A stretch of 64,000 nt of DNA from NCBI GenBank assembly GCA_964601935.1, contig CAZROP010000002.1, forward strand, positions 7,299 to 71,298, given 5' to 3'. A program made the position numbers and the translations under genes. This document shows, piece by piece, positions 9,268-18,844 of the stretch. The first letter of the stretch is position 1; each line of letters begins with the position of its first letter. Origin of the DNA: an uncultured Candidatus Saccharibacteria bacterium (GTDB taxonomy: Bacteria; Patescibacteriota; Minisyncoccia; Phycocordibacterales; UBA1006). The notes under the pieces were generated by a model, which had not been told where the DNA came from, searched no databases, and worked only from the letters and a program-made list of their open reading frames with translations.

Positions 9268-10173
9268 TTAGTTATTCGCAAAAGCTTGCTCCAGTGTCGC
9301 TATATCAAACTTCTTCATCCCCATAAAGGCTTGGGTGACGCGCGCAATCTGTTCTGGTGTTCCGGCCTGCATCATTTCATTCATGCGTCGTGGAGTGATC
9401 TGCCAGGATACTCCATAGGCGTCCTTTAGCCAGCCGCATTGTTCTGATTCGGGAACTGCAGATAACTTTTCCCAGTAGTGGTCGATTTCTTCCTGAGTAT
9501 CACAATTAACTATGAACGAAACCGCTTCGTTAAACGCAAAATCATGCTGATTTCCGCTATCCATAGCAACAAACCATTGATTCTCTAGTTTGAAGTCAGT
9601 AAACATGGTCGTTCCCTCTGTGTTTGGCTCCATTCCTGCAGGGTAGTGAACAAGGGCGCCGCGTGTGCTGTCTTTGAATACAGAGAGATAAAAATCAGAT
9701 GCTTCTTCTGCTTTGCCGTGTACGATACCAGTAAACAGAAGAGATGGGATAATTAGCGGGCGCTCTTCGCCTTCGGGTTTTGTATAGATCAATTGCCAGG
9801 AGATACCGTATTTGTCCTCTATCCATCCATAGCGTTCGCTGAATGGGTAAGTATCTAGGGGCATGAGTACCTTTCCGCCCGGTAGTAGCTTGTTCCATAT
9901 ATCGTTGATGTCGGTGGGGGCATTTGCGTTCTGTGATGGGTCAAAATTCACCATAAAGGATATCGATGGATTAATTTTGAACAGAGGTCCTGCGCTAATT
10001 GACATAAATGAATACCCCATGACGTCAAAGGCCATAATATCGCAATCACCAGAGGGTGTATCATGAATGACCGATGAGTGGGTGATCTTCGAATTAGGGA
10101 ATACAGTGGTATAGAATTCCGCTGCTTCTTTTGCTTCCTTGTCGAACCATAAATGCGGTATTATCTTTTGCAT
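9268..10173 (-). CDS. tandem-domain VOC/PhnB-like protein (3-demethylubiquinone-9 3-methyltransferase-like fold)
   Basis: 301 aa; two repeats each beginning I(I)P(H/S)L(W/L)F...AEEA..FY..VF, as in the PhnB/YjdN family. Confidence 0.6.
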   Translation of the reverse strand: MQKIIPHLWFDKEAKEAAEFYTTVFPNSKITHSSVIHDTPSGDCDIMAFDVMGYSFMSISAGPLFKINPSISFMVNFDPSQNANAPTDINDIWNKLLPGGKVLMPLDTYPFSERYGWIEDKYGISWQLIYTKPEGEERPLIIPSLLFTGIVHGKAEEASDFYLSVFKDSTRGALVHYPAGMEPNTEGTTMFTDFKLENQWFVAMDSGNQHDFAFNEAVSFIVNCDTQEEIDHYWEKLSAVPESEQCGWLKDAYGVSWQITPRRMNEMMQAGTPEQIARVTQAFMGMKKFDIATLEQAFANN

Positions 10174-10274
10174 ACACGAGGAGCAGGTGTTGTTTCTTGA
10201 ATAGTATTCATAGGTATGAGGATGTTCGGGTTAGTGATTTGTGTGCTAAAGCTTTCGTGTCTTTTGCAGCACCA

Positions 10275-12653
10275 TTATATATTACTTCTCGTCGCGAATT
10301 GTATGATTGTTGTAGCTTGTGTGCTGGGCTGTAGGGTGATTGTTTTTGTATCAGAAGAGACAACGTAGGACGCATTTGCAGAATCTACAGTTTTGGCTCC
10401 AGCAGGGATGAGAATTGTCATTGGACTGGTGATGCCTTTTGCAGTTATCTCGTATTTTTTCAGTGTTGGGTTGTACGTGGTAGAAATAACGGCACGTTCT
10501 TTTACTGTTATGGTGAAGTCGGTACCATAACGTAGTTTCAGAGCATCTCGTGAAAAGATATTAGTAGAGTTTTTTGTAGTGTTTTCACTCACAATCAAAA
10601 TTCGCCCGTCTGTTTCTAGATCTTGGGTCAATTTTGAAGCAGTCTTTGCTATGGTCATGAGCGTTTGGTTTGCCTTGCCCATTACAAAATGTTTACCATC
10701 AACGTCAGTCACTGTTGCGCCGGATGCTTCTGCTGTGGTGAGAGGCGCCTTTACGATATCAACCGCTGATGATTTATTATGAGGATACAGGATTGATATC
10801 CAGTTGTCTCCTCGTGAGACGGTATTCATTGATAGAACTGTGTGCGTCCCGGTTTTATCATAATCAGTTTCGTGCACAGCCTGGAATGTTTCGCGGTTTT
10901 GACGACTGTTACGTGAAGCAGAAAAGGCTGTGAGACGTGTTACTCCATCAGCACGATCCCATATATCCATGTCGCGTACCTGTGAATAGGTGCCGACACC
11001 ATGCAGCAGAAACTCGGCTCGTCGTCGGGTATTCAGATCCGCGTCATCATTGATAACGAGGAATTTGTCGTTAGTCATTACAAATTCGCGTGTCACCTGG
11101 GCGTTACCGTAATGAGATCGAATGAGAGCCTGTTTGAATACGCCACGGTCAAAATTGTTGAGAAACTCCACGCCCTCGCTCACTTTGCCGTCACCATCCT
11201 TGGGTGCGCCTTGATCCAGATAGATGAGGCTGTGGTTCTTTGCTTTGGATACTTCATCTCTGCGATCCCAACGAATGTATCCAGGGTCATAGGTTACATA
11301 ATCCCCATTGAAAAACATAAAGAAGCTGGTCTCGTCGCCCTGGTTGTGTCCGCCCGCTGTTTCCAGTGCACGACCGCCTTTTGCCTGAATATGTAGATAG
11401 AGCGCTTTTGGATCCCAGCTGCTACGATAGACAATGTCTCCTGATTCTTTGTTCAGCCACCAGGTTGGTCCTGTTGGCGCAGTAGGTGTCTGTAGTGATC
11501 CCAGATACTCGGCACGGAGATCGGTGATTTCGTTGATGCCTGATACTACTGGTTTGTATGTTTGGGTAAAGAATGTACCAGGAACATCAGCAATGGCTAC
11601 CTCTGGCCACGTCATATTGGTAAAGCTGTCCTCGATCGCAGGAATTCTGCCGTCGGGCAGTCTAATCATATTGGCCCACTCGTACAGTCGGGTATAGTCT
11701 CTGTTGTATGCTGGATGCTGATAGGTGTGCGTCTTGCTACCTAGTTTCCAGGTATGTGTACCGTCAGGTACATAATTCTTGAGTGCCTCAAAAAATGGCA
11801 GCATGTTTTTCATTGCGTATTTCAGGTAATAGGGACCCTCTGTATATCCATAAATACCTGGTGGTGTTGATACGCCTGACTTTCGCTTGTGATGCCCGAA
11901 CAAAACCTCATGAATACTCCACATGCCGGCATTGACCCATTTCGAGGCATCTTTGTGTTCGTTCAATACGATGCCGCCCAATCCAATAGCAGAGGCCGTC
12001 ATGAGTGAGTGATTGTTAATAATAGTTGTTGCTATAGACACACCGACAATCCCTTCAGTAAATTTATCATGCAAGTCTCCTGTAAATTGCTCTAGTTTTA
12101 TTCGTGCGTTTTTCAGTCTTTCAGGAGGAACATTAGCGCCGAGAAGTAGATCATAAGCGGTCAAATAATTGATGAGCTCTTTTGATCGCCACTGCCATTC
12201 GGTGTAGTTTATTTTGGAGTCAACCGTATTATTATGCACTTCCAGTAGCATGATCGCTTTTTCGGTGAGTTCGGTAATTTTTGGTTGTAACAAAGGCTTC
12301 AGTTCTTTGTCGAGACCTACTAATAGAATAAATGCTATTGCTTTTGCCTGATCTGAGCGGGCCTGGCGACTGCTGGAAGAAGGCGGTATAGGGCTATTTG
12401 CTAAATCAAATAAATCCTTGTATATACCTAGACGCTCCACACTCGCGAGCGACTTCAGGCCGTTTATCATGCCCGGTAATTCTGATTTTTTAATTATAGT
12501 ACGGGGTCGATCTGAATTTGCGCCAGACGGGTTCCATTGTGCCAGGGTGGGCAAGGGGGCAGAAATACTGCCTACCGATAGAAGTACTACGATAATAGCT
12601 AGGCTAGATCGCATATGATTACTCATTTTTGTAAACGTTGTGGGTAAGGACAT
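10275..12653 (-). CDS. secreted large protein, tentatively heparinase II/III-like polysaccharide lyase family
   Basis: 792 aa; N-terminal signal peptide (SLAIIVVLLSVGSISAPLPTLA); segment AGGHNQGDETSFFMFFNGDYVTYDPGY resembles the gHgHaDalsF...vDpG motif of the Hepar_II_III C-terminal domain. Confidence 0.4.
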   Translation of the reverse strand: MSLPTTFTKMSNHMRSSLAIIVVLLSVGSISAPLPTLAQWNPSGANSDRPRTIIKKSELPGMINGLKSLASVERLGIYKDLFDLANSPIPPSSSSRQARSDQAKAIAFILLVGLDKELKPLLQPKITELTEKAIMLLEVHNNTVDSKINYTEWQWRSKELINYLTAYDLLLGANVPPERLKNARIKLEQFTGDLHDKFTEGIVGVSIATTIINNHSLMTASAIGLGGIVLNEHKDASKWVNAGMWSIHEVLFGHHKRKSGVSTPPGIYGYTEGPYYLKYAMKNMLPFFEALKNYVPDGTHTWKLGSKTHTYQHPAYNRDYTRLYEWANMIRLPDGRIPAIEDSFTNMTWPEVAIADVPGTFFTQTYKPVVSGINEITDLRAEYLGSLQTPTAPTGPTWWLNKESGDIVYRSSWDPKALYLHIQAKGGRALETAGGHNQGDETSFFMFFNGDYVTYDPGYIRWDRRDEVSKAKNHSLIYLDQGAPKDGDGKVSEGVEFLNNFDRGVFKQALIRSHYGNAQVTREFVMTNDKFLVINDDADLNTRRRAEFLLHGVGTYSQVRDMDIWDRADGVTRLTAFSASRNSRQNRETFQAVHETDYDKTGTHTVLSMNTVSRGDNWISILYPHNKSSAVDIVKAPLTTAEASGATVTDVDGKHFVMGKANQTLMTIAKTASKLTQDLETDGRILIVSENTTKNSTNIFSRDALKLRYGTDFTITVKERAVISTTYNPTLKKYEITAKGITSPMTILIPAGAKTVDSANASYVVSSDTKTITLQPSTQATTIIQFATRSNI

Positions 12654-12773
12654 AGTGATGTATTGAGAGATCGGATAACACGCATATTGTACCGCGCCAC
12701 CCTAGCAAACGTATGGGGATATGTGGTGGTCAGCCATGGGTATGGTCATTAGAAGAATAACGATAAAGCAAGA

Positions 12774-13121
12774 TCACTTCCTCAATGCGTTGATGGTCTG
12801 TGTCTGGTTTTCAATAATTTGTAGCATTTTTCTATTCTCATTAATTAACGATTGGTTGACCTCTAATATTTGTTCACGCTCTTCAATTTTTTGAGAATAC
12901 TCTTTGTAAGTCACAGAATTTATATGAAAAGAATCAATGACTAGTGTTGCCACCATAATTATCATCGTAATGAATGCCACAATGAAAATTCCTATAATTA
13001 GGTTGGTCTGCGTATCGTATCTTGTCAGGATTGCCTGTATTTCAGACTTGGGGTCAGAAAATTCAATTGAGGGATTATTGTTTTCTTTAAGATCTTTAGA
13101 GAATGTAATACTCTTTTTCAT
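12774..13121 (-). CDS. hypothetical small membrane/coiled-coil protein
   Basis: 115 aa; one TM (IIGIFIVAFITMIIMVATLVI) then a heptad-like C-terminus. Confidence 0.3.
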   Translation of the reverse strand: MKKSITFSKDLKENNNPSIEFSDPKSEIQAILTRYDTQTNLIIGIFIVAFITMIIMVATLVIDSFHINSVTYKEYSQKIEEREQILEVNQSLINENRKMLQIIENQTQTINALRK

Positions 13122-13125
13122 AAGT

Positions 13126-13341
13126 TTAGTAGACGCCTTTAATTACAATTACCTCTCCATCGACGTCCACTTCAAAATCTCGATTTCTGAATTGTGTGAA
13201 ATCTACCCCAGATATATTTACACCTTGTCCAAATCGAACCCCAGGCCCAAAAGTAACACCGCCTACGCGAGTGCGCTGCCTTGGCTCCACTGAGCCATCC
13301 GGATAAGTATTAAAGAGTGATTCAAAGTTAAGCCTTGCCAT
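13126..13341 (-). CDS. hypothetical Gly-rich small protein
   Basis: 71 aa from an internal ATG (the track start is GTG); 4-nt spacing to the next gene. Confidence 0.25.
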   Translation of the reverse strand: MARLNFESLFNTYPDGSVEPRQRTRVGGVTFGPGVRFGQGVNISGVDFTQFRNRDFEVDVDGEVIVIKGVY

Positions 13342-13391
13342 ATAGCAATCATTATACACCTTTTATATATTTAAAATCCGGTTTGTAGTCA

Positions 13392-13401
13392 CCCCCCCCC
13401 C
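13392..13401. repeat. homopolymeric C10 tract (G10 on the coding strand of the flanking – strand genes)
   Basis: read directly: acccccccccc immediately 3' of the stop of the 13401..13757 gene and 40 nt upstream of the next start. Confidence 0.85.
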
Positions 13402-13757
13402 TAGTCCGCAGTTTTGAAAGTCCATTCATTAATATTTAGTAAGACCAAAGCATCATCAGGCTCTCCCCAGATTGAAGAGCTTTTATCCCAATAAAAGAAG
13501 TGTGAGTTGTTGCTCTGGTTTTTGCTAACCTTGTATGAGCCTGCTTTAGTATAAATAACAACCAGGTCGTCTTTTTTAACTTCCTGATCTTGAAACCAGA
13601 AGGTTTCAGACACCCGACTGGAGACACTTGTCTCAGAAGATTTATTAGACTTAAAAATAGCATATTGCCCTACGTCAGTATCTTCCAAAACCCTCAGAAC
13701 AACGCGTTCCTTTTGTATATTGCCGATATCTTCAATTCCCATAATTTTTAATCGCAT
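13401..13757 (-). CDS. hypothetical protein
   Basis: 118 aa, no motif recognised. Confidence 0.3.
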   Translation of the reverse strand: MRLKIMGIEDIGNIQKERVVLRVLEDTDVGQYAIFKSNKSSETSVSSRVSETFWFQDQEVKKDDLVVIYTKAGSYKVSKNQSNNSHFFYWDKSSSIWGEPDDALVLLNINEWTFKTAD

Positions 13758-13760
13758 ACA

Positions 13761-14210
13761 TTATTTTTTTCTATGTAACCAGTCAGGATCTATGAAAGCT
13801 AAGGCAAAACTTATTACACATAATACAAAAATTCCTAACCGATATTGCTCCAAATCTGAGACAAAAATTAAGCCCCCCAATAATCCGCCTATAGCGTATA
13901 GAAGAGATCTGACTGTTACAGAATCTTTTAACCCTATTAAGCGTTCAGTTAATACGGCAAGTTCTTCACTTTTTTTATAATAATCTTCTTTAAATATTTT
14001 TAATTCAGTCAGATCGCGTCCTAGACGGGAAATTTCGCCTAACAGGATCTTGGTCACTAACCTTAAGTTTTTCGCATTTTTTATTTCCTCTTCCGTTATA
14101 ATGCTGTTCAGACCTGACCATGGAGTTTTGGCGTTTGCAAGGGACTTGATATCTTCGGCTTCAAATGAGACTGTCGGCTCCTCGTCAGGTTTTCCTATTT
14201 TTCTAGCCAT
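13761..14210 (-). CDS. hypothetical protein with C-terminal TM hairpin
   Basis: 149 aa; coiled-coil-like middle, C-terminal GGLLGGLIFVS...IFVLCVISFALAFI. Confidence 0.35.
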   Translation of the reverse strand: MARKIGKPDEEPTVSFEAEDIKSLANAKTPWSGLNSIITEEEIKNAKNLRLVTKILLGEISRLGRDLTELKIFKEDYYKKSEELAVLTERLIGLKDSVTVRSLLYAIGGLLGGLIFVSDLEQYRLGIFVLCVISFALAFIDPDWLHRKK

Positions 14211-14751
14211 ATTATATTAAGCTGCAGTTTAAATGTAAATACATAAAATAAGTAAGAGTTGTTTTGCCAATGTTGCCACAAGAGGACTTAGCTCGAAGTT
14301 TTGAAGTTTTTATCAATAATATAGGCTTATTTCAGACGTGGACCGAAAATATGCGCAATTTTATGACTAAAGATAGGGAAGAGTCAGTTTCGACTATTAA
14401 ATTATAGGGCACCCGTGATATAATTGCTATATATGATTACAAATAGGAAAGATAATCTCACAGATGTTATACAAGCTTCGCCGACAAAACCGAGCTCAGT
14501 CCCATCTACTGATTCGCCCAGTAAACCTGGTCCTCAGCAGGTGGTAGATAATACCGGACAGGTTGTAACATTGGGAAAATAGGGGTGTTCTAATCGTTTT
14601 TAGTATATAGGAAAAAACACTCGAAGTTTTACGGGTTTTCTATTGTGTATTTTAAACAAGCGAATACAGGCAAGGCAAATTCTTTTCCCAAAAAGAAGAA
14701 TTTGACGATGTCTGTAGATTCGCTTGTTACAAAATTTATAAACTCCTACGA

Positions 14752-15561
14752 TTATGGGGTGTCTGGCCTACTAGGATGAGTCTCTTCGGTAGCTGGTTCA
14801 GCGCGAGTGGCAAACAGTCCTGACTCAAATTCAAGCTTACGAGCTGGTATTATCACTTTTGTTAAATAGGTAATCAAGTTGTCTAGAATGTCTTTACATT
14901 CTCCAGTGAGGTTTTGGTACTTTTCAGATACTTGTAAATCCATAAAATTCCATTCGAGTCCTACTAGACCCTCAGCGGTTACTAAAAGTATTAATTCTCT
15001 AATGTAATTCTCAGCTTCCCCCTGATTTTTCACAAGGAGGTGTCGAGTAATCTTTAGGTATAAAAGTATAATTTTGTCTGAGGATTCGTGGAAAATATCC
15101 TTACTTAGAGAGTCAGTTTTTTCTGACATGTACATATATTGGTCAAACTTTTCATAATCTCCGGTTAGTAGTAATGCCTCGCATAGGTTCGTAAAAATAC
15201 GTGGATCCGGTCTTATGTAGAATGCTTCCACCCACTTTTTACCAGCGTGTACGTAGTGGTGTCTATGAAGTGCTTGTGCGGCTGCTTCATCCAGGCTAAT
15301 AAATCGAGTTTCAACTAACTGTCGTAATGCATAATATGCCGCAAATATCCCGAGCAGTAAGGTGGCAGCTTGGATCATTAGATTAAGTATAGCTACTTTC
15401 TCTGATAGGTCAGAGGGCTTAGTCGCTAAAAATATGATATATGTGATTACAGAGAGAATAACTAAAATCCCTATCAGTACGGTCTGAAATCTTTTATTAA
15501 ATGAGGGGTAGGGGAGTATCTTTTCCCAAAAATTCTTCGCCACTTTCTTCATACTACTCAT
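14752..15561 (-). CDS. hypothetical membrane protein
   Basis: about 269 aa from the ATG (the track start is TTG); two N-terminal TM helices. Confidence 0.4.
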   Translation of the reverse strand: MSSMKKVAKNFWEKILPYPSFNKRFQTVLIGILVILSVITYIIFLATKPSDLSEKVAILNLMIQAATLLLGIFAAYYALRQLVETRFISLDEAAAQALHRHHYVHAGKKWVEAFYIRPDPRIFTNLCEALLLTGDYEKFDQYMYMSEKTDSLSKDIFHESSDKIILLYLKITRHLLVKNQGEAENYIRELILLVTAEGLVGLEWNFMDLQVSEKYQNLTGECKDILDNLITYLTKVIIPARKLEFESGLFATRAEPATEETHPSRPDTP

Positions 15562-15775
15562 CAAGATTAAAAATTACTTTCCCTTTACCAAAGGCAGCAA
15601 TTCGTTCTAGTGAAGAAGGCAGCATTCTGTGGCAATTGCGTATTATTAAGGTCGCACCTGATTGCGCTGCAAGTGCAGCAAAACGCTCCAGCGTGGCTGG
15701 AAGATACTTTGGAGCATCGACAGATACTCCGCCCCCAAATGCAATTATTCTTTCTATCGATTGAGGTAAAAACAT
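15554..15775 (-). CDS. small internally repeated protein (hypothetical)
   Basis: 73 aa; two copies of S(I/L)ERI(I/A)AFG(G/K)G; overlaps the downstream gene by 8 nt; competing +strand ORFs make it uncertain. Confidence 0.25.
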   Translation of the reverse strand: MFLPQSIERIIAFGGGVSVDAPKYLPATLERFAALAAQSGATLIIRNCHRMLPSSLERIAAFGKGKVIFNLDE

Positions 15776-15824
15776 ACAAAGGCCAAGGTGAATTAGCTAC
15801 GTAATCTTACCATAACGCCCGTGT

Positions 15825-16607
15825 TTAACAATTCAATGCCTTCCTCCATCCAGCCTGGATCGCATCCTGTTCAGAGCAAAACCACTTCTCACCCTCTGAT
15901 TCGTCGATGATGGTAGCATTATAGGACCTGCATCCTTGGACATGGTAGATCTTCTCTTTCTTTGCATTGGTACTGATATTTCCTTTGATGGTACAAGAGG
16001 AGGTTGGAGCAGGTACGGTAGCTTGAGCTACTGGAGTAGCGACAATTGCTGTAGGTACAACCGTTTTCAGTGTCCCAGAAGCCGTATTTTGACACGTAGA
16101 GCCCCATAATCCTTTCTTTTGGTCTGATGCCTGTTTCTGTGCACTCTTGAATTCTACTTGATATTTGTAGGGTAGATCATAGGTATACTCGTAAGCATAT
16201 CCATCCTTGATCATAGAGAGGTTTACATTGGTCCCATTTGATAGGAGTACATATCGTAAAAGACGGCCGTACTTGTCTTTATCCCCCTGAGTATCATCTT
16301 TTTCTAGGAATACCTTTTTACCAGTCAGCAAAGACTTTGCCTTATTAGATGCTTCTTTACCAAAACACTCTACTGGTTTACGAGGATCTACCGTTTCTGG
16401 TGTGTTTACACCAATGAGACGTATACGTTCTTTTTTGCCACTGATCATTACATCGATGGTATCTCCATCCACAACCCTTACTACTTTGTAGAGTTTGGAT
16501 GATTGAGCGGTCTGGGTGGTAATAGGCACTGTACTGGTTGTTTGAGCCAGTAGCAGGCTCGGGTTAAATGTGAGGGCGAGGGTTAGGGTGATGAGAAGGG
16601 TTTTCAT
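15825..16607 (-). CDS. secreted thermonuclease (staphylococcal nuclease/SNase-like) with C-terminal Cys-containing domain
   Basis: 260 aa; signal peptide; VVRVVDGDTIDV...RIRLIGVNTPE...YGRLLRYV matches the SNase motifs; C-terminal IYHVQGCRSY...WFCSEQDAIQAGWR. Confidence 0.75.
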   Translation of the reverse strand: MKTLLITLTLALTFNPSLLLAQTTSTVPITTQTAQSSKLYKVVRVVDGDTIDVMISGKKERIRLIGVNTPETVDPRKPVECFGKEASNKAKSLLTGKKVFLEKDDTQGDKDKYGRLLRYVLLSNGTNVNLSMIKDGYAYEYTYDLPYKYQVEFKSAQKQASDQKKGLWGSTCQNTASGTLKTVVPTAIVATPVAQATVPAPTSSCTIKGNISTNAKKEKIYHVQGCRSYNATIIDESEGEKWFCSEQDAIQAGWRKALNC

Positions 16608-16612
16608 ATTGA

Positions 16613-17224
16613 TTATTTAATATTAACTTTAGCATCACAAGAGTTGCTTCCTGTAGGTTCAGCCTTTAAGAAGTCGCACAACTTGTAAACTTCAAAGTTC
16701 TGCCAGTTTATCTTTTCGAATAAGTTTCGGTCCATTGAATAGTATAGCGCTAAATTATTTGAAACATTGCCATACTTGTCAGTAGTGTCAGCGTAATAGT
16801 GGATATCTATATCCTGAACCTTAGGATATATGGAGTATATATCCTGGAAGAGTTTGCCAGAGACTTGTCCTGTCTCTCGATAGAGCGATTTAGCAGTAAG
16901 AAAGTCTCCAACATGTAATTTCACAATAACTTGCTTTGAATCTACTCCAGAATCAACCATCTCTGCATGTACATAGGTAAAGGTTTTTGAAGTGCGAGAT
17001 ATGGTTGTCGCCGTTCCTCGTTCAAAAGATTGTGCATATATTGATACTATAGGGGTTGCATCTACTTTTTTCTGAACCTCCTTAGCTTCTTCGCCTGGAT
17101 CAAAGAAATTATTAATACGACCTATTACAATAATGAATAGAATAATTCCTCCTATGAGTGTGAGGATTGGGTGTTTTTCAAACCAGGTGGGTTGTTCTGA
17201 ATCTGGGGTTGGGTGTGGGTTCAT
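16613..17224 (-). CDS. membrane-anchored hypothetical protein (first gene of the nuclease operon)
   Basis: 203 aa; single N-terminal TM; 5-nt gap to the nuclease gene. Confidence 0.4.
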   Translation of the reverse strand: MNPHPTPDSEQPTWFEKHPILTLIGGIILFIIVIGRINNFFDPGEEAKEVQKKVDATPIVSIYAQSFERGTATTISRTSKTFTYVHAEMVDSGVDSKQVIVKLHVGDFLTAKSLYRETGQVSGKLFQDIYSIYPKVQDIDIHYYADTTDKYGNVSNNLALYYSMDRNLFEKINWQNFEVYKLCDFLKAEPTGSNSCDAKVNIK

Positions 17225-17513
17225 AAATGGTGCTTGATAGGGCTTTTAATAAGTTCATGAAAGGCTTCATACAAAAAGCCCGCCACGAGTAGAGACCGAA
17301 GTCTCTCATACCTGTTTCCAGGTATGGCCTATCAAGCAAACCCCATGACGGGTTCTTTATGCTTGATAGGGCTTACAAAAATTGACCATGCCTAGCGGGT
17401 TTCGCTAGGGTTAGGTCCCTATTAACTTGTCCAAGGTAGTATATACCTTTTTGGTCCAAAATCTATGGGTGTGCGTTAAAAAAGATAGGTGTATAATGAA
17501 TAAGCGATAGCTT
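17225..17513. promoter_or_regulatory. structured divergent intergenic region with a repeated TGCTTGATAGG motif and three hairpins
   Basis: motif at about 17232 and 17361 (direct) and about 17326 (inverted); hairpins gagaccgaagtctc, catacctg-tttc-caggtatg, cctagcg-ggttt-cgctagg; TGTATAAT -10 at about 17490-17497. Confidence 0.35.
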
Positions 17514-17909
17514 ATGAAGTGCCAATTTGTCAAAGCAAATAAGGACCAATGCAGATGTCATGCGGTAAGCGGTGATAGCTTTTGCTTTAATCATTCTGAA
17601 AAGACAAAAAACCAGAAGCTGAATGCGGTTCGTAAGGGTGGATATGCCATGAAGTTTAAACCCAGCATTATGACCAGTCCGATACCTTTGCGTACAGGAG
17701 CGGATATTCTGGGCCTGCTTGAAGATATTGTAGGCGGTCTCAAAGTTGGCCCCATTACACCACAAAAAGCTAACTCTCTAGTGAGTATTGCAGGACTTGC
17801 GTTGAAAGTGCAAGAAACAAGTCAGGGGGTGAAAGAGCCTATGACGGTGTTTGATTTGTTGAAGGAGAAGTTGCATAAGGATAAAGTAAAAGAGCAGGCT
17901 CTAATTTAA
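17514..17909 (+). CDS. hypothetical protein with N-terminal Cys/His cluster (possible Zn-ribbon regulator)
   Basis: 131 aa; CQFVKANKDQCRCH...CFNH; first gene of a tightly spaced 4-gene operon. Confidence 0.35.
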   Translation: MKCQFVKANKDQCRCHAVSGDSFCFNHSEKTKNQKLNAVRKGGYAMKFKPSIMTSPIPLRTGADILGLLEDIVGGLKVGPITPQKANSLVSIAGLALKVQETSQGVKEPMTVFDLLKEKLHKDKVKEQALI

Positions 17910-17927
17910 TATACTAATAGATAAATT

Positions 17928-18836
17928 ATGAATAAATATAAAATACAACAAATAATCTCAACAATGGCAGAGTGCGCTGTTCTGAGCGGCAGCAGCGACT
18001 CCTCTTTTGTGGAGGGTATGTATAAGTTTTCACATGTTGGTTATTCACCATCCAGTGGTTGGCGGGATCGTGCTTGGGTTGCAGAGGCTGTGGTCGAGGG
18101 TTTAGACATTAATGACGCGTATCGTAAATTCTCTCAAGGTCTTACTAAAATTACCTCAAGGATTTCACTCGTTGGTCAAGCTTGTATTGATTATCATAGA
18201 GAATCTTTCTTGATCCATAAGATGGGGAGTTCTGTTGCACTTTTTCGTTATATCCATCGAGGAGAAGGTGTTGGTTTAATGTTTATGGATAAGGAAGTTA
18301 AAGCCTTAAGGATATTGCTGTTAGATAAATTTTTGCCCGATAACTTTTTTCTATACTGGAACGAAGCTACGAATATAAGTAATTACTCTGCAAAGCTTCT
18401 ATTAATGTTTTCAGCGCTTGAGACTATTATCACAAAAGATCAGACTTCTAAGAATTGGCAGTTATTAAACGATATTCTGGGCAGTAACGTGGTAAAAGAC
18501 TGTTTTGGGGAAAGGGGTAACTCAAGCATAGGATTAAGAAATCGCTTAGTACACGGAGAATACTTCTCAGTGGGAGACTTTGATAAAGATTATGTAACTC
18601 TTATACATGACGGTGTGATTAAATATATAAATAACAATATTTTGCAGGCTAAACTAATTGAGGAAGACGTCGTCTCTCCACAGCGAGGTTTTGAAGAGGT
18701 CGATCAATTGAGGTCTTATATAAAGTTAGCTGATAGCACAACTGAATTTTCAATTGAAGCTCTTGTCAGAGACGCCTCAAAAGACTTTCAAAATCCTGAA
18801 ACCTTTGAGTATGTGGCGCCAGGTCTCCATTATTAG
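17928..18836 (+). CDS. HEPN-motif protein A (putative RNase, toxin-like)
   Basis: 302 aa; C-terminal IGLRNRLVHGEY fits the HEPN Rx4-6H motif; paralogous to the next gene. Confidence 0.5.
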   Translation: MNKYKIQQIISTMAECAVLSGSSDSSFVEGMYKFSHVGYSPSSGWRDRAWVAEAVVEGLDINDAYRKFSQGLTKITSRISLVGQACIDYHRESFLIHKMGSSVALFRYIHRGEGVGLMFMDKEVKALRILLLDKFLPDNFFLYWNEATNISNYSAKLLLMFSALETIITKDQTSKNWQLLNDILGSNVVKDCFGERGNSSIGLRNRLVHGEYFSVGDFDKDYVTLIHDGVIKYINNNILQAKLIEEDVVSPQRGFEEVDQLRSYIKLADSTTEFSIEALVRDASKDFQNPETFEYVAPGLHY

Positions 18837-18844
18837 AATATATT

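Noticed and set aside
15501-15804. Two +strand ORFs (87 and 64 aa) opposite the 73-aa minus-strand ORF
   Set aside because: They are mutually exclusive with the minus-strand ORF, which fits the operon orientation and has an internal peptide repeat. None of these is well supported, so the region is ambiguous.
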